From: Persicimonas sp.
Lineage (GTDB): Bacteria > Myxococcota_A > Bradymonadia > Bradymonadales > Bradymonadaceae
Length of the DNA stretch: 57,032 nucleotides
Direction: 5' to 3'
NCBI GenBank assembly: GCA_046545675.1
Contig: JBKGZI010000001.1
Span: 1-57,032 of the forward strand
Of the stretch, positions 25,399-35,442 are shown one piece after another (the stretch's first letter is position 1; each line of letters begins with the position of its first letter). The notes under the pieces are model-generated. The model saw only the letters and a list, made by a program, of their open reading frames with translations. It was not told where the DNA came from and made no database searches. Position numbers and translations under genes: made by a program.

Positions 25399-26481
25399 CT
25401 AGGGTAGGTCATCGAGCCTAGATTGGGCAAGGCGCGCTCGAGCCGGGGAGCGCAGCGTCGCCAAGTCATTCGGGCCGGGATCGCCGGGATCGCTCAAAAG
25501 ACCCCCGTCGAGCCGTGTCTGGAGCTTGTCGCGCCGTGGCGCCGTGGGCGGCGGCTCGGGGACACGGTAGACGCCTTCCCACCGGTTCCACTGCAGGACC
25601 TCGGCCTGGTCGATGAGCAGATCGCCGGCGTCGTCGGCCGGAATCCAGCGCACATAATGGTGGGATTTGCCGTGCAGAAACTCGTAGGTTCCGCGGCGAC
25701 GAAGCTCACCGTCCGGGGCCTCGCGTGTGGCGAGCGTCTCTTCGAAGATGCGGCCGACGAACGCGCCGATCACTTTGAACGCCCCCACCTTATAAGCCAC
25801 GTGCCCTTCGTCGTCCTCTTCTCGCCAGTGAAGCAAGATCTGGAGCGTGCCGTCTCGAACCAGCCGCACGGCACGGGGAGTCGTGCGGCCTGAGTCGAGC
25901 TCGAGCTCTTCGAAGGTCGAAGCGTCCCATTCGATATCCAACGGCAGGTGGGCGATGCGCCCATCAGAGCCGTAAAAGGCGAGATCGCGGCCGGCGTGAA
26001 CCACGGCGAGCTCCCGGCCCGCATTCGGGGTGAAGTTACCGGTGAACGCAAAGCCGTCGCCTTCATCGGGCAACTCGATGCCAAACGAGTCCTGGAGTCG
26101 ATCGGATTCATCGGCACCGCTCAGATCGACGCGCGCCTCCTCGACCTCCGGGTCGGCCACCTTCATCGGATCGACCTTCGGCTCCTTCATTTTCTTCTCG
26201 GCGCGCTCGATCTTGCGAAGCGAGGGGGCGTCGTCCGAGTCGGGCAGGGCCTTCTCACGGGCACGAGAGACGGCGCGTTCGGTCTGTTGTTGGGATAACG
26301 CCACCGCTGTCGGTGGCTGATCTTCGCGATCCGTGGGGCAAGATTGCGAGGCGGTCTCTGCCGAACAATCACATACATAGGGTTTGAGCACGCCACGCAT
26401 CGTCTGACAGCCCGACAGGGCGAGGCTGAGCAGCAGCAAGGGCACGCTGAGGCGAAGGTGATGGAGTACTGCGTCGGTCAC
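25399..26481 (-). CDS. Hypothetical lipoprotein
   Basis: ORF track 25399..27030, but its first 183 codons overlap the RlpA-like gene out of frame. The GTG at 26481 gives VTDAVLHHLRLSVPLLLLSLALSGC|Q (signal plus lipobox). No family recognised; no obvious RBS. Confidence 0.55.
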   Translation of the reverse strand: MTDAVLHHLRLSVPLLLLSLALSGCQTMRGVLKPYVCDCSAETASQSCPTDREDQPPTAVALSQQQTERAVSRAREKALPDSDDAPSLRKIERAEKKMKEPKVDPMKVADPEVEEARVDLSGADESDRLQDSFGIELPDEGDGFAFTGNFTPNAGRELAVVHAGRDLAFYGSDGRIAHLPLDIEWDASTFEELELDSGRTTPRAVRLVRDGTLQILLHWREEDDEGHVAYKVGAFKVIGAFVGRIFEETLATREAPDGELRRRGTYEFLHGKSHHYVRWIPADDAGDLLIDQAEVLQWNRWEGVYRVPEPPPTAPRRDKLQTRLDGGLLSDPGDPGPNDLATLRSPARARLAQSRLDDLP

Positions 26482-26665
26482 GGGGCCGGCTCGAGCTCGT
26501 GAAACTGAGAATCCGTGCGCGCGAATCGATAATCGATGCGATCGGGCACGCAAGCGTACGTATTTATCGGATGAATCGGCTGGGTTCTCAAGAAAAAATA
26601 TCGATCGGGCCGCCGAGAAACATGAGGCAGCCCTTAACTTAGTGTGAATTCTACTCGTGTGAAAT

Positions 26666-27151
26666 TCACGGGTTGAGGACGGCGAGGTCGAAGCGGGCGT
26701 CTTCTTCGCGCGCCCAATAGCGAAGCCGGACCTGTTGTAGGCCGACCTGGGTGGTGCCCAGCTCTTCGGCTGTGGCGACCGACATATCGAGGATGCCGCG
26801 CCAATTTTCGTCGCGCGAGCTGGATACTTTGAAGGTCCAATTGCCGTCAGAGGTCTGCAGGCCGTAGGGGCCGCGGTCGTTGATGCGGCACCAGACGCGC
26901 CGGTCGTTGGACATATTTTCGATGAGCACGACGGTGTTGAAGGGCAGCCAGCGGTGGGCACAGGTAAACCGCGACGGATCGAAATCTTCGCCGTTGGCCG
27001 TGATATCACCGTGCCAGGCGCCGTTGCCATACCAGGAAGCGAGCCCGACCTGTTGGACGGGGGGAACCTCGATCTGGGGCATGTCGACGTCGCCCTGCGC
27101 CTGAAACTGGGCGGCCATCGCGGTCAGAACCATTAATTTGACTACAGACAT
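26666..27151 (-). CDS. RlpA-family double-psi beta-barrel (DPBB) lytic-transglycosylase-like protein
   Basis: ATG at 27151 preceded by AAAGGTGAAG. Signal MSVVKLMVLTAMAAQFQA. DPBB core ASWYGNGAWHGDITANGEDFDPSRFTCAHRWLPFNTVVLIENMSNDRRVWCRINDRGPY. No SPOR domain. Confidence 0.8.
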   Translation of the reverse strand: MSVVKLMVLTAMAAQFQAQGDVDMPQIEVPPVQQVGLASWYGNGAWHGDITANGEDFDPSRFTCAHRWLPFNTVVLIENMSNDRRVWCRINDRGPYGLQTSDGNWTFKVSSSRDENWRGILDMSVATAEELGTTQVGLQQVRLRYWAREEDARFDLAVLNP

Positions 27152-27629
27152 AGCTTCACCTTTCGAAGCGGTCATTCATTGGCAACCTATTGGGCAAGCA
27201 ACTGCATTTCAAGTGCCAGACGAATGTTTTTGTGCCAGCGACGGTGATCATGTCACAGAAGCTTCGCTGACCGGTGTATCACTCAACCAAGTCACCCCCG
27301 CCTCGAAGTCAAGCGCGGGTGAAGGTGCCCCCCGTTAGCAGACTGACACAAGAAGGTAAAATGTCTTTTCGGAGGTGATCTCGGCCTATACGGCGGCTAT
27401 TTGAGAGCAATTATTGCCCGTAGAGCCACGTTTTTGGCGCGATCGCCGCCTGCGACTAGCAAATGAGCCGTGACACTGAAGATCGTCTCTCAGCACCGTT
27501 TCGTGCGGTTATGAGGCGGGTGGATGAGTTTTTGGACGATCGTCGGAATAAGACGTGACTTGACAGTGACCACCACTTTAACGATGTATTTACCACCAAG
27601 AAAACACGCTGGTTCAGCGAGACCAGCCG

Positions 27630-27645
27630 TGGCATGATTCTTGAA
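27630..27645 (+). promoter_or_regulatory. Weak sigma-54-type promoter candidate TGGCATGATTCTTGAA
   Basis: Spacing after the GG is correct, but the -12 element reads GA instead of GC. About 100 nt upstream of the metalloprotease ATG, inside a 570-bp gene-free, lower-GC region. Confidence 0.25.
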
Positions 27646-27746
27646 CACTACAGATCTGTAAGAATGTGATCACGGCGCTCGCTCATTGACGATACACGAG
27701 ATGGTATGAGCACGAATGGCTCATGCGCTCGAGAAAGGAGGATTCT

Positions 27747-30700
27747 ATGCGCAATATTGGTGGATGGCCCAAGGCCGTGTGCCTGTTCGTCTCCGTCATC
27801 ACATGTGCCGCCCTGGCTTCAGGGTGCGCACAAGATGTCGAAGATATCGACCGCACGCAGGCCGACAAGATCGAAAAAGATCTCTTCGAGAACGACGATG
27901 AGTGGTACTTCCGCCAGACGGTGGTCGACACCGGCACGGAAGGCTCGTCGATGATCTTCGAGGCGTATGAAGGCCCGTTGCACCGGATTCGCTGGGAAAT
28001 CGAGCACGGTACGCTCTATGCTTATTCGACGGTGCCGCTGGCAGACGGCATCGAAGACCGCAACTCCAGCGAAGAGGATCGTCGCCTGGGTGCCGTCGCA
28101 GCCTTCGACATCACCGATCACTTCGACGTCATCCGCCAATACAACGCCACCACCGGTGAGCAATCCAACGTCATCGTCGAGGACCGCAACGACCGGCCCT
28201 GGTACGAGCGCGACTATATGCGCGTCAATTGGTCGGCCAATACCATCGAGGGCCTCGACCTCTTTCGCTTCGGCATGCTCAGCGGCGTCGAGACGACCAT
28301 CAACCAGGACCGAGAGTTCGTCGAACCCGACCGCGCCCGCATCACCGAAGACTATATCGACGTGACCACCGAGTATAACTTCGAGCCGGACATCTACGCG
28401 TGCGTGCTCAACGTCGGCTCGCTCGACACCATGAGCTCGTGCGCCGGTTCGCGGGTTCGGGTACGGAATTCGTTTGTGCGCGTGCCGAAAGAGAAGACCT
28501 ACGAGCCCTTCGAGATGACCGACACCAAGGACATCGTCGAGGACGACGGCAGCGCCGTGTATACCACCAGCATTCAAGACCCGGTCTCGCGCCAGTATAT
28601 GGAGGTCGAGTGTAACGATCACACCAAGGACTTTCTGCGCGAGGAGTACGGATCGACCGACGAGCAGTGCTCGACGGCTTCCTTCGGCCTCTTCGACCGG
28701 TTCGGTTATTTCCGCACCGAGCGGATGGCCTGGAACGAGCGACGCCCGGGCACCGAGTCCGACCGGCGATACTACGCCAACCGCTGGAATATCTGGCAGA
28801 CCGCCTACGACGAAGACGGCGAGCGTTTGGACCTGAAAGACCGGACCCCCAAGCCGATCGTTTATCATCTCAACGCCGAGTATCCCAAAGATATGATCCC
28901 GGCGGCCAAAGAGGTCGAGCGTCAGTGGGACGAGGCTTTCTTGGATACGGTTCGCATCGCCAAAGGCTACGACTCCATCCAAGAGGTGCGCGACGAGCTC
29001 GCCGCCGAGTACGACGGCGACACGCGCATGTACAAGATCGAGCCCAACAACTGCATGCCCGAGCAGCTCGCCTCTTGGAAGAGTGAGTTCGGAGACCAGC
29101 GCGACGCCGATCGTTCGAGCGTCGACGGCATCTTCGACAAGCACCTCTCCAGCCCCTCGAATCTGGTCGGCGCTCTGTGGGACATGCCCACCGAGGACCG
29201 CATCCAGTTGTGCGCCGAATTGGAGTACGCCACCGAGACGCGCTCTGACGCCGATGCCCGGTTTACCTGGCAGCGCGTGGGCGACCTGCGCTACAGCTTC
29301 TTTAACTGGGTCGAGGAGTTCAACGGCTACTGGAGTGGCTATGGCCCGTCGGCCGCCGACCCGCTGTCCGGGGAGATCATCTCGGGTAACGCCAACTTCG
29401 CCGGCACCCCGCTGCGCAGCTATGCGACCCGCGGCACAGACACCGTCCAGTACATCACCGGTGAGTTGAGCGACAGCGACATTCGCCTCGGCGACCACGT
29501 GCGCGAGTACCTCCATGACCTTCGCGACGGCCGTCGCACCCAGGCCCTCGACCCCGAGATGCCCGCCGAGGGCCAACGAGAGCTGACCCGCCGCGCCGGC
29601 CACCAGCCGAGCTCGGTCAGTCCCACCGATTTCGAAGAGCCTCCGAGATTCGAAGACCAGGACAACTTCTTCAAGAGGTGGGGCGACGACCGGCTCCCGC
29701 GCGAAGCCGATCGCCTCTCCGAGGCCATCACTGAGGCCAAGGCATCCGACACTCGCGTCGTCGAGTTCTACGAGAAGCCGCGGGTCAAGCAGTTTATGCT
29801 CAGCGACGCCGACTTCCAGCTATCCGTCAAGGCGCTTGCCAACGAAACGTTCGGCCCCGACCCCTCCGACGACGAGATGCACCAGGCTTACCTGGAGCTG
29901 GCCACCCCCAAAGACGTGCTCAAGCGCAACAACCGCTTCAACCGCTTTTTGTCCGAGCAGAATATCTTCGCGACCGAAAACCTCGACCGCGCCCTCAGCA
30001 GCCTGGTCACCTATGAAGGTGTCGCCGGCGCATTCGAGGGTATGGACCGCGAGCAAATCCGCCGCTACCTGATGGACAACGCCTTTATCGGCACCCAGCT
30101 CCACGAGGTCGGCCACACCATCGGACTTCGCCACAACTTCAGCGCGAGCATGGACGCGCTCAACTACCACGACGGTTTCTGGCAGATTAAGCAAGACGTC
30201 CTCGAGGGGGAGCTTCAAGACGGCAACGGCGTCGAGATCAGCGAGCGGGGCGCGGTGCACATCACCGACCCCGAGCTGGCCAGCCAGTACAGCAACCAGG
30301 ACAACGTCGACTACGTCAGCACCACCGAGATGCGCCTGGGTTCGATCATGGACTATACCGGCGACATGACCGGCCGCTTCGCTGGCCTGGGCAAATACGA
30401 CAAGGCGGCGATTAACTTCGCCTATGGCGAGCACGTCCAGCAGTGGAAAGAGGACATCGAACTGCCCAATATGCTCTGGTACGAGCAGTGGGTGCGCGAC
30501 TACACCGCGCTGCCGTCCATCTACGGCAACGATCCGACCAGCATGGACGCCGAAACTCAGCGCCAGGGCATCGACGTGATGCTCAACCAGCGTGAGTGGG
30601 TCTCCATCTCCGACGCCCTCGACGAGCGCCGCGAGGGTATCAAGGCCAATACCACGGCCTGGGCCGACGGCGAGATCGGGTTGGACAACCAGCCCTATGT

Positions 30701-31964
30701 CGACCGCACCGTCCCCTACGAGTTCTGCTCGGATGATTATCGTGACTCGCGGCTGGGCTGCGATGTCTTCGATTGGGGCGCCAACCAGACCGAGGTCGTC
30801 AACCACGCCTTCGATCAATACCGCTTCTTCCAGCCCTTCTGGCGCTACGCCGGCCACCAGAACGACCGGTTGATGAACACCTACTCGAACTATATCAACC
30901 GGGTGATGAGCACCTTCCAGATCGCCGAGCGGCCCTTCCGCTACTACTCAATTTATCAGTGGTGGGACCTGGGTTCGTATACCGACGACCTGCAGCGTGC
31001 CTCGATGGACTCGCTCAACTTTTACGCCGAGGTGCTCGCCACTCCGCAGCCGGGGACGTACTGCATGTACGGCTCGGGCGCCGTCCAGGACAACTCGGGC
31101 TGGTTCTTCAACCTCAACAACAAATATATCCCCAACGGATGGTTGACCGACGGCACCACCTGCGCGAACTCCTTTGAGGTCGAGCGCGGCCAAGGCCAGT
31201 ACTACGGCTTCGACTTCACCGACGAGTATCACTACCGCATCAAGCGCGTCGGCGCTTATGTCGACAAGTCGCTGGCCACCCAGGCACTCTTCGACATCAG
31301 CGCGAACTACGCGTTCAGCAGCTTCTTCACCGACCAACGCGCGAGCAACATCTCGTATTGGACCCTCTTCGAGGATGAACTCAACGACTACCTGCGCGGA
31401 GTTATCCTGGGCGATTACGCCGGATTCAGCGGCGTATACGATCGCAACACTCAGTCCTATGAGCCGCCGGTCGTCGTCGACCCGAAGACCTTCGCCACCG
31501 GACTCGACCACCCGCAGGACAATATGGAGCGGGTCTACAGCCAGGTCGGCCTCAACGAGCAGTTCAACGCCCTTGCCTTCGGCATGCTGTACAACAGCAC
31601 CTGGCAGGACCGCTCGACCGACTTCTCCAACTACGTCAAGGTTGCAGTGACCAACGAGGAGCTGCAGCCGCTCGCCGACTGGGTCGAGGTCGCCGAGCTG
31701 GAGCACCCGACCACCGGCCAGGTCTACTACGCACCGCAGACCGCCGACGGCAAGTCGATCTCGTACGACTTGGTCGAATGGGCCAACAACCTCAAGGACG
31801 CCATGCTCGAGGCCCAAGAGGACCTCGCCCAGGCCGAGCCCGATACCGAGGCGTATGAAAACGCCTGGGACGAGGCCAGCCTGGCTGAGCGTCAATTCGA
31901 GGACGTCGTCGCCAAGCTGGAGATGATTCGCTTCGTCTTCGACGCCGGCGGCATCAACCGCTGA
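27747..31964 (+). CDS. Very large (1405 aa) metzincin-type zinc metalloprotease lipoprotein
   Basis: ATG at 27747 preceded by AAAGGAGG. Signal plus lipobox (VCLFVSVITCAALASGC|A). HEVGHTIGLRHNF (HExxHxxGxxH) encoded at about 30102-30140. No other domain recognised. Confidence 0.85.
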   Translation: MRNIGGWPKAVCLFVSVITCAALASGCAQDVEDIDRTQADKIEKDLFENDDEWYFRQTVVDTGTEGSSMIFEAYEGPLHRIRWEIEHGTLYAYSTVPLADGIEDRNSSEEDRRLGAVAAFDITDHFDVIRQYNATTGEQSNVIVEDRNDRPWYERDYMRVNWSANTIEGLDLFRFGMLSGVETTINQDREFVEPDRARITEDYIDVTTEYNFEPDIYACVLNVGSLDTMSSCAGSRVRVRNSFVRVPKEKTYEPFEMTDTKDIVEDDGSAVYTTSIQDPVSRQYMEVECNDHTKDFLREEYGSTDEQCSTASFGLFDRFGYFRTERMAWNERRPGTESDRRYYANRWNIWQTAYDEDGERLDLKDRTPKPIVYHLNAEYPKDMIPAAKEVERQWDEAFLDTVRIAKGYDSIQEVRDELAAEYDGDTRMYKIEPNNCMPEQLASWKSEFGDQRDADRSSVDGIFDKHLSSPSNLVGALWDMPTEDRIQLCAELEYATETRSDADARFTWQRVGDLRYSFFNWVEEFNGYWSGYGPSAADPLSGEIISGNANFAGTPLRSYATRGTDTVQYITGELSDSDIRLGDHVREYLHDLRDGRRTQALDPEMPAEGQRELTRRAGHQPSSVSPTDFEEPPRFEDQDNFFKRWGDDRLPREADRLSEAITEAKASDTRVVEFYEKPRVKQFMLSDADFQLSVKALANETFGPDPSDDEMHQAYLELATPKDVLKRNNRFNRFLSEQNIFATENLDRALSSLVTYEGVAGAFEGMDREQIRRYLMDNAFIGTQLHEVGHTIGLRHNFSASMDALNYHDGFWQIKQDVLEGELQDGNGVEISERGAVHITDPELASQYSNQDNVDYVSTTEMRLGSIMDYTGDMTGRFAGLGKYDKAAINFAYGEHVQQWKEDIELPNMLWYEQWVRDYTALPSIYGNDPTSMDAETQRQGIDVMLNQREWVSISDALDERREGIKANTTAWADGEIGLDNQPYVDRTVPYEFCSDDYRDSRLGCDVFDWGANQTEVVNHAFDQYRFFQPFWRYAGHQNDRLMNTYSNYINRVMSTFQIAERPFRYYSIYQWWDLGSYTDDLQRASMDSLNFYAEVLATPQPGTYCMYGSGAVQDNSGWFFNLNNKYIPNGWLTDGTTCANSFEVERGQGQYYGFDFTDEYHYRIKRVGAYVDKSLATQALFDISANYAFSSFFTDQRASNISYWTLFEDELNDYLRGVILGDYAGFSGVYDRNTQSYEPPVVVDPKTFATGLDHPQDNMERVYSQVGLNEQFNALAFGMLYNSTWQDRSTDFSNYVKVAVTNEELQPLADWVEVAELEHPTTGQVYYAPQTADGKSISYDLVEWANNLKDAMLEAQEDLAQAEPDTEAYENAWDEASLAERQFEDVVAKLEMIRFVFDAGGINR

Positions 31965-31990
31965 GTCCGCGTCTGGGCTCCGAGTAAACC

Positions 31991-32032
31991 AGAGGCCGCG
32001 TCCGGAACATCGGACGCGGCCTCTGTCTTTGT
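31991..32032 (+). terminator. Rho-independent terminator after the metalloprotease gene
   Basis: Perfect 14-bp stem AGAGGCCGCGTCCG / CGGACGCGGCCTCT (31991-32004 and 32011-32024) with loop GAACAT, followed by GTCTTTGT. Confidence 0.8.
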
Positions 32033-32069
32033 GCCACTATTCATTTCTGCCAGACCCCACGAGGCTGCC

Positions 32070-32726
32070 ATGCCGCGCGCCAACCGACTCCTGACCACAA
32101 CGCTCGCCGCGGCGCTGCTCTGCGCCCCAGCATGCTCCTCAGACGACACCAAGGCCGCCGACGCCGGCACCTCCGGCCCCCGCGGCGACGCCTCCACTCG
32201 AGACACCGGCCTCGACGCCGACCCTGAAGCCGACGCCCGGCCAGACGCCCAAGCCTCCATCGACGCTCCAACAGACACGGCCGCAGATACGAGCACCGAC
32301 ACCGAGCCCGCCGAGCGCCCGTTGCTGCCCGACTTCGCCTACTACCGCCAGGACCTCGGCTGCGGCGGCTCGACCTGCATCGACGGCGTCGCCGTCAACA
32401 TCATCGGCGGCATCGTCGAGAAGACCGAAAACGGCCACGCCCGCCACGAAGACCTCCAAGACCACGAGATCCGCTTCCTCCAAGACTTCGTCCTCACCGA
32501 CGACACCTACCAAAAGATGCTCGACGGCTGGTCCTGCGGCCCCGACACCGACCTCGACGGCGTCAAGTGGTCCTTCGACGCTCGCGTCTTGGTCGACGGC
32601 ACCTACCAACGCACCGTCCAAAACATCTCCGGCTGCATGGCCCAAGACGCCGACCACGACGACACCACCGAAGTCCGCGACCTCATCGACATGCTCGACG
32701 AGGTGCGCGACGATCATTTTGAGTGA
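32070..32726 (+). CDS. Hypothetical acidic lipoprotein
   Basis: ATG at 32070 with GAGG 6 nt upstream. Signal plus lipobox (LLTTTLAAALLCAPAC|S). D/T/A-rich linker, then a ~140-aa globular part. No family recognised. Confidence 0.5.
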   Translation: MPRANRLLTTTLAAALLCAPACSSDDTKAADAGTSGPRGDASTRDTGLDADPEADARPDAQASIDAPTDTAADTSTDTEPAERPLLPDFAYYRQDLGCGGSTCIDGVAVNIIGGIVEKTENGHARHEDLQDHEIRFLQDFVLTDDTYQKMLDGWSCGPDTDLDGVKWSFDARVLVDGTYQRTVQNISGCMAQDADHDDTTEVRDLIDMLDEVRDDHFE

Positions 32727-32741
32727 GGGGGGGCGGACGCC

Positions 32742-33527
32742 TCAGGAGAACTCTCGGCGCTCGAAGATCAGACACGCAAGGAAGAGCAGGATGCCGGTGT
32801 AGGTAAGCGCGTAGCTCGACGCGACGGTGAGATATTGCGCCGAAATCGGAAGGCTGTGCGTAAGCTCGAAGGACAAGTTGAGCTTTTCGATGTCCGGCAA
32901 AATAAAGACGGCTGCCTCGGCGACGTACCGGGCCGGGTTGTCTTGTTTGGCGAAGAAGGCAATCGCCTCTTGTAGCTGCGGGGTGAGACTTCCGCCGATG
33001 AACACTCCGATCGTGAGCAGGGCGCTAAGCAGCGGGCTCGAGAACGAGCTGAAAAGAATCGCCAGCCCCACCACGATAGCCAACTGCAGAAAGGCCGTGT
33101 AGTACGCCCACAACCAGTTGAGGTCGATCTCGAAGCCCATCACCAACGCCGCGCCGACCTTGAGCGCCACGATGATCAACAGGGCGATGAAAATTGCCAA
33201 TAACGAGCCCAGATACTTTCCGATGACGAAGATCGTCGGCGAGACCGGTTTGGAGAGGACGGTAAAGATCGTGTGTGTTTCGACCTCGTGTTGCATGGCG
33301 CGAACACCCTGATAGGTCGCCAGACCGGCCAAAAAGACCGTGCTGAAAAAGAGCACCAGGTCCCTGAATACGCGCTCTTCCTGGTGGAGGCTCATCGCCC
33401 CGAATAACCCGGTGCTTGCTAGGACGAGCACCCCGAAGAGCAGGACTCCGTAGAGGAGTTTGTTTCGCACCGCTTCGAGCAGTGTATTCCTCATCAACAT
33501 GCCAAATTGTCGAACGAGCACAGGCAT
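32742..33527 (-). CDS. ABC-2-type transporter permease (position of M. xanthus pilI)
   Basis: About six hydrophobic helices. Starts 13 nt after the stop of the upstream ABC ATPase gene. Synteny with the pilG-pilH-pilI module downstream of pilA in Myxococcus. Confidence 0.75.
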   Translation of the reverse strand: MPVLVRQFGMLMRNTLLEAVRNKLLYGVLLFGVLVLASTGLFGAMSLHQEERVFRDLVLFFSTVFLAGLATYQGVRAMQHEVETHTIFTVLSKPVSPTIFVIGKYLGSLLAIFIALLIIVALKVGAALVMGFEIDLNWLWAYYTAFLQLAIVVGLAILFSSFSSPLLSALLTIGVFIGGSLTPQLQEAIAFFAKQDNPARYVAEAAVFILPDIEKLNLSFELTHSLPISAQYLTVASSYALTYTGILLFLACLIFERREFS

Positions 33528-33539
33528 TGCTTGGCTCTC

Positions 33540-34508
33540 CTAATTTACGACTTCTTGGGTGGATTGAGCGGCTTCGGCCGACGTCGATGTATCTCGCACA
33601 AAAACGTCCTCGAGAGATTCCTTATGGGGCTGGAAACTCTCGACGCGTACTTCCAGCTCTGCCATACGCGCCAACAGCCGATCCGGGTCGGCGTCGCCCG
33701 CTAGCTGCAGGCGGGTCAACTCGCCGACCTGAACAGCCTCGAGAAGCTCCGCGTCCAGCTTGGCGGCATGCTCCTGCTTCCAATTGCGCAGATAGATCTC
33801 GTAGTACAGGACCCCCGAGCCGATTAGTTCGTGCAGATAGCCGATGTCGCTGATCTCGCCGCGGTTCATAATCGCGACGCGATCACAGATATCTTGGACA
33901 TCGGGGAGGATGTGGCTGCAGAACAAGATGGTCTTGCCGTCGCGCCGAAGCGCGAGCACGAGGTCCCGAATCTCGCGGCGGCCGACCGGATCGAGGCCCG
34001 ATTGCGGCTCGTCGAGGATGACCAGGTCGGGGTCGTTGATCAGCGCCTGAGCGATGCCGGCGCGCTGCTTCATCCCCTTGGAGAACCCGGAGACGGGCCG
34101 ATCGAGGGCGTGGCCGAGACCGACCATCTCGAGTAACTCGTGGGCGCGCTCTCGACGCTTGGACTTCGCATATCCGAAAAGCCCGCCGTAAAAGTCGAGC
34201 AATTCGATGGCGTTGAGGTGCTCATAGAGCATCGGGTTTTCGGGCAGATACCCCAACCGCTCACGCAGCGAGACATCGTCGGCGCGTTGATCGAAGAGCC
34301 GGATCTCGCCTCGGTCCGGACGCACGAGGCCCAACAGCATCTTGATCGTCGTCGACTTGCCTGCGCCGTTGGGCCCCACAAGGCCGAAGATCTCACCGCG
34401 GCGAATCGAAAAGCTCACCGAACGCACGGCTTCGACTTTTTTGCGCCAGAATCCCGTGCGAAAGGTCTTGGCGATGTCGTCGACTCTCAATACTTCGTTG
34501 CTGCTCAT
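33540..34508 (-). CDS. ABC transporter ATP-binding protein (position of M. xanthus pilH)
   Basis: Walker A GPNGAGKST, Q-loop, signature SKGMKQR, Walker B LVILDEP, H-loop CSHIL. Confidence 0.85.
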   Translation of the reverse strand: MSSNEVLRVDDIAKTFRTGFWRKKVEAVRSVSFSIRRGEIFGLVGPNGAGKSTTIKMLLGLVRPDRGEIRLFDQRADDVSLRERLGYLPENPMLYEHLNAIELLDFYGGLFGYAKSKRRERAHELLEMVGLGHALDRPVSGFSKGMKQRAGIAQALINDPDLVILDEPQSGLDPVGRREIRDLVLALRRDGKTILFCSHILPDVQDICDRVAIMNRGEISDIGYLHELIGSGVLYYEIYLRNWKQEHAAKLDAELLEAVQVGELTRLQLAGDADPDRLLARMAELEVRVESFQPHKESLEDVFVRDTSTSAEAAQSTQEVVN

Positions 34509-34530
34509 TGGACCGGATTCCGGAGGTAGC

Positions 34531-35439
34531 TCAAGGCGCGGTTAGTGGCGTGGCGGGGGCATCGACCTGATTGAATAGTGAAGGTGGCAGATAATTGAGG
34601 CGAGACGCGCGCCAGTGACCGTCGAATTCTCTGCGAAACTCGCGAGCTCGCTCCGCGACCTGTTCAGTGCTGCCGGCTTGCTCGAGGCGAGACTCGACCA
34701 ACGAGCGCACGTGTTCTGACTCGGTCGACAGATACAAGCGCGACAGCATGTCGATGTCCTCGTCAGATAGCTCGATTTCGACCTGCTCGTTCTCGTCGTG
34801 GCCGCTCTGCATGCGAGCGTACTTTTGCTGAAACGACGAGGCAAGCAGCCCGAGCACTTCGGGGGCGCCCTCGATCATCGATCCTTTGATCGCGTGATCA
34901 CGAGCGTCTTTGACCTGCTCCATGCGCTTTGCGCGGTCGAGGTGGCTCGCATAGGGGAAGCCGATATAATTGGCGGTCACTTCATAATGCAGTCGCCAGT
35001 TTTCCGGGAAATATCGCAGCCCCGTCTCGAGCAATTCGTTGGCGGCCTCGATATCCTCGAGCTGAGGGTTCCCGGCCAGAGCAATGCGCGCGGCGCTATG
35101 CCAGGTGTAGACCTTCGAAAAATAGGGGTCGATTTCCGTGATGGTCGTGGCATATCTCGTGACGTCACGCGGAGCGCGTTTTGCGACATAACTCGCGCCG
35201 ACGGATTGCACGCCAGACAGCCACACCATATCGGCGGCCGCCGTTTTGTGGTTGAGTGTACTGGCCGAGATGACGTCCGAAGTGGGCAGCAAATAACGGT
35301 TGTCGTAGACATGCGGACGCTTGTTGCGCTCGAGCTCCAACGATAGACGCACGTGCAGAAAAGTCACCGCCAGCAACAGCAAGGCGGCTGGAATCAACAC
35401 ATACTGCTTGAGGATGTTCCAATGGATGCTTGGCACCAT
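34531..35439 (-). CDS. Membrane-anchored hypothetical protein (position of M. xanthus pilG)
   Basis: Single N-terminal TM helix (YVLIPAALLLLAVTFL) and a helical soluble part. 23-nt gap to the ABC ATPase gene and 3-nt gap after the GT-C/TPR gene. Assigned by gene order only. Confidence 0.6.
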   Translation of the reverse strand: MVPSIHWNILKQYVLIPAALLLLAVTFLHVRLSLELERNKRPHVYDNRYLLPTSDVISASTLNHKTAAADMVWLSGVQSVGASYVAKRAPRDVTRYATTITEIDPYFSKVYTWHSAARIALAGNPQLEDIEAANELLETGLRYFPENWRLHYEVTANYIGFPYASHLDRAKRMEQVKDARDHAIKGSMIEGAPEVLGLLASSFQQKYARMQSGHDENEQVEIELSDEDIDMLSRLYLSTESEHVRSLVESRLEQAGSTEQVAERAREFRREFDGHWRASRLNYLPPSLFNQVDAPATPLTAP

Positions 35440-35442
35440 TCT

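Noticed and set aside
26641-26668. Direct or inverted repeat GTGTGAATTC...GTGTGAAATTCAC at the 3' end of the RlpA-like gene.
   Set aside because: It is short and imperfect, and it partly overlaps the stop codon. There is no T-tract, so it is not a terminator. It is mentioned only because GTGAA-A-TTCAC loosely resembles the palindrome at 12397-12413.
26482-27030. 183-codon extension of ORF 25399-27030.
   Set aside because: It overlaps the RlpA-like gene, which has clear DPBB motifs, in a different frame. The GTG at 26481 yields a proper signal peptide plus lipobox.
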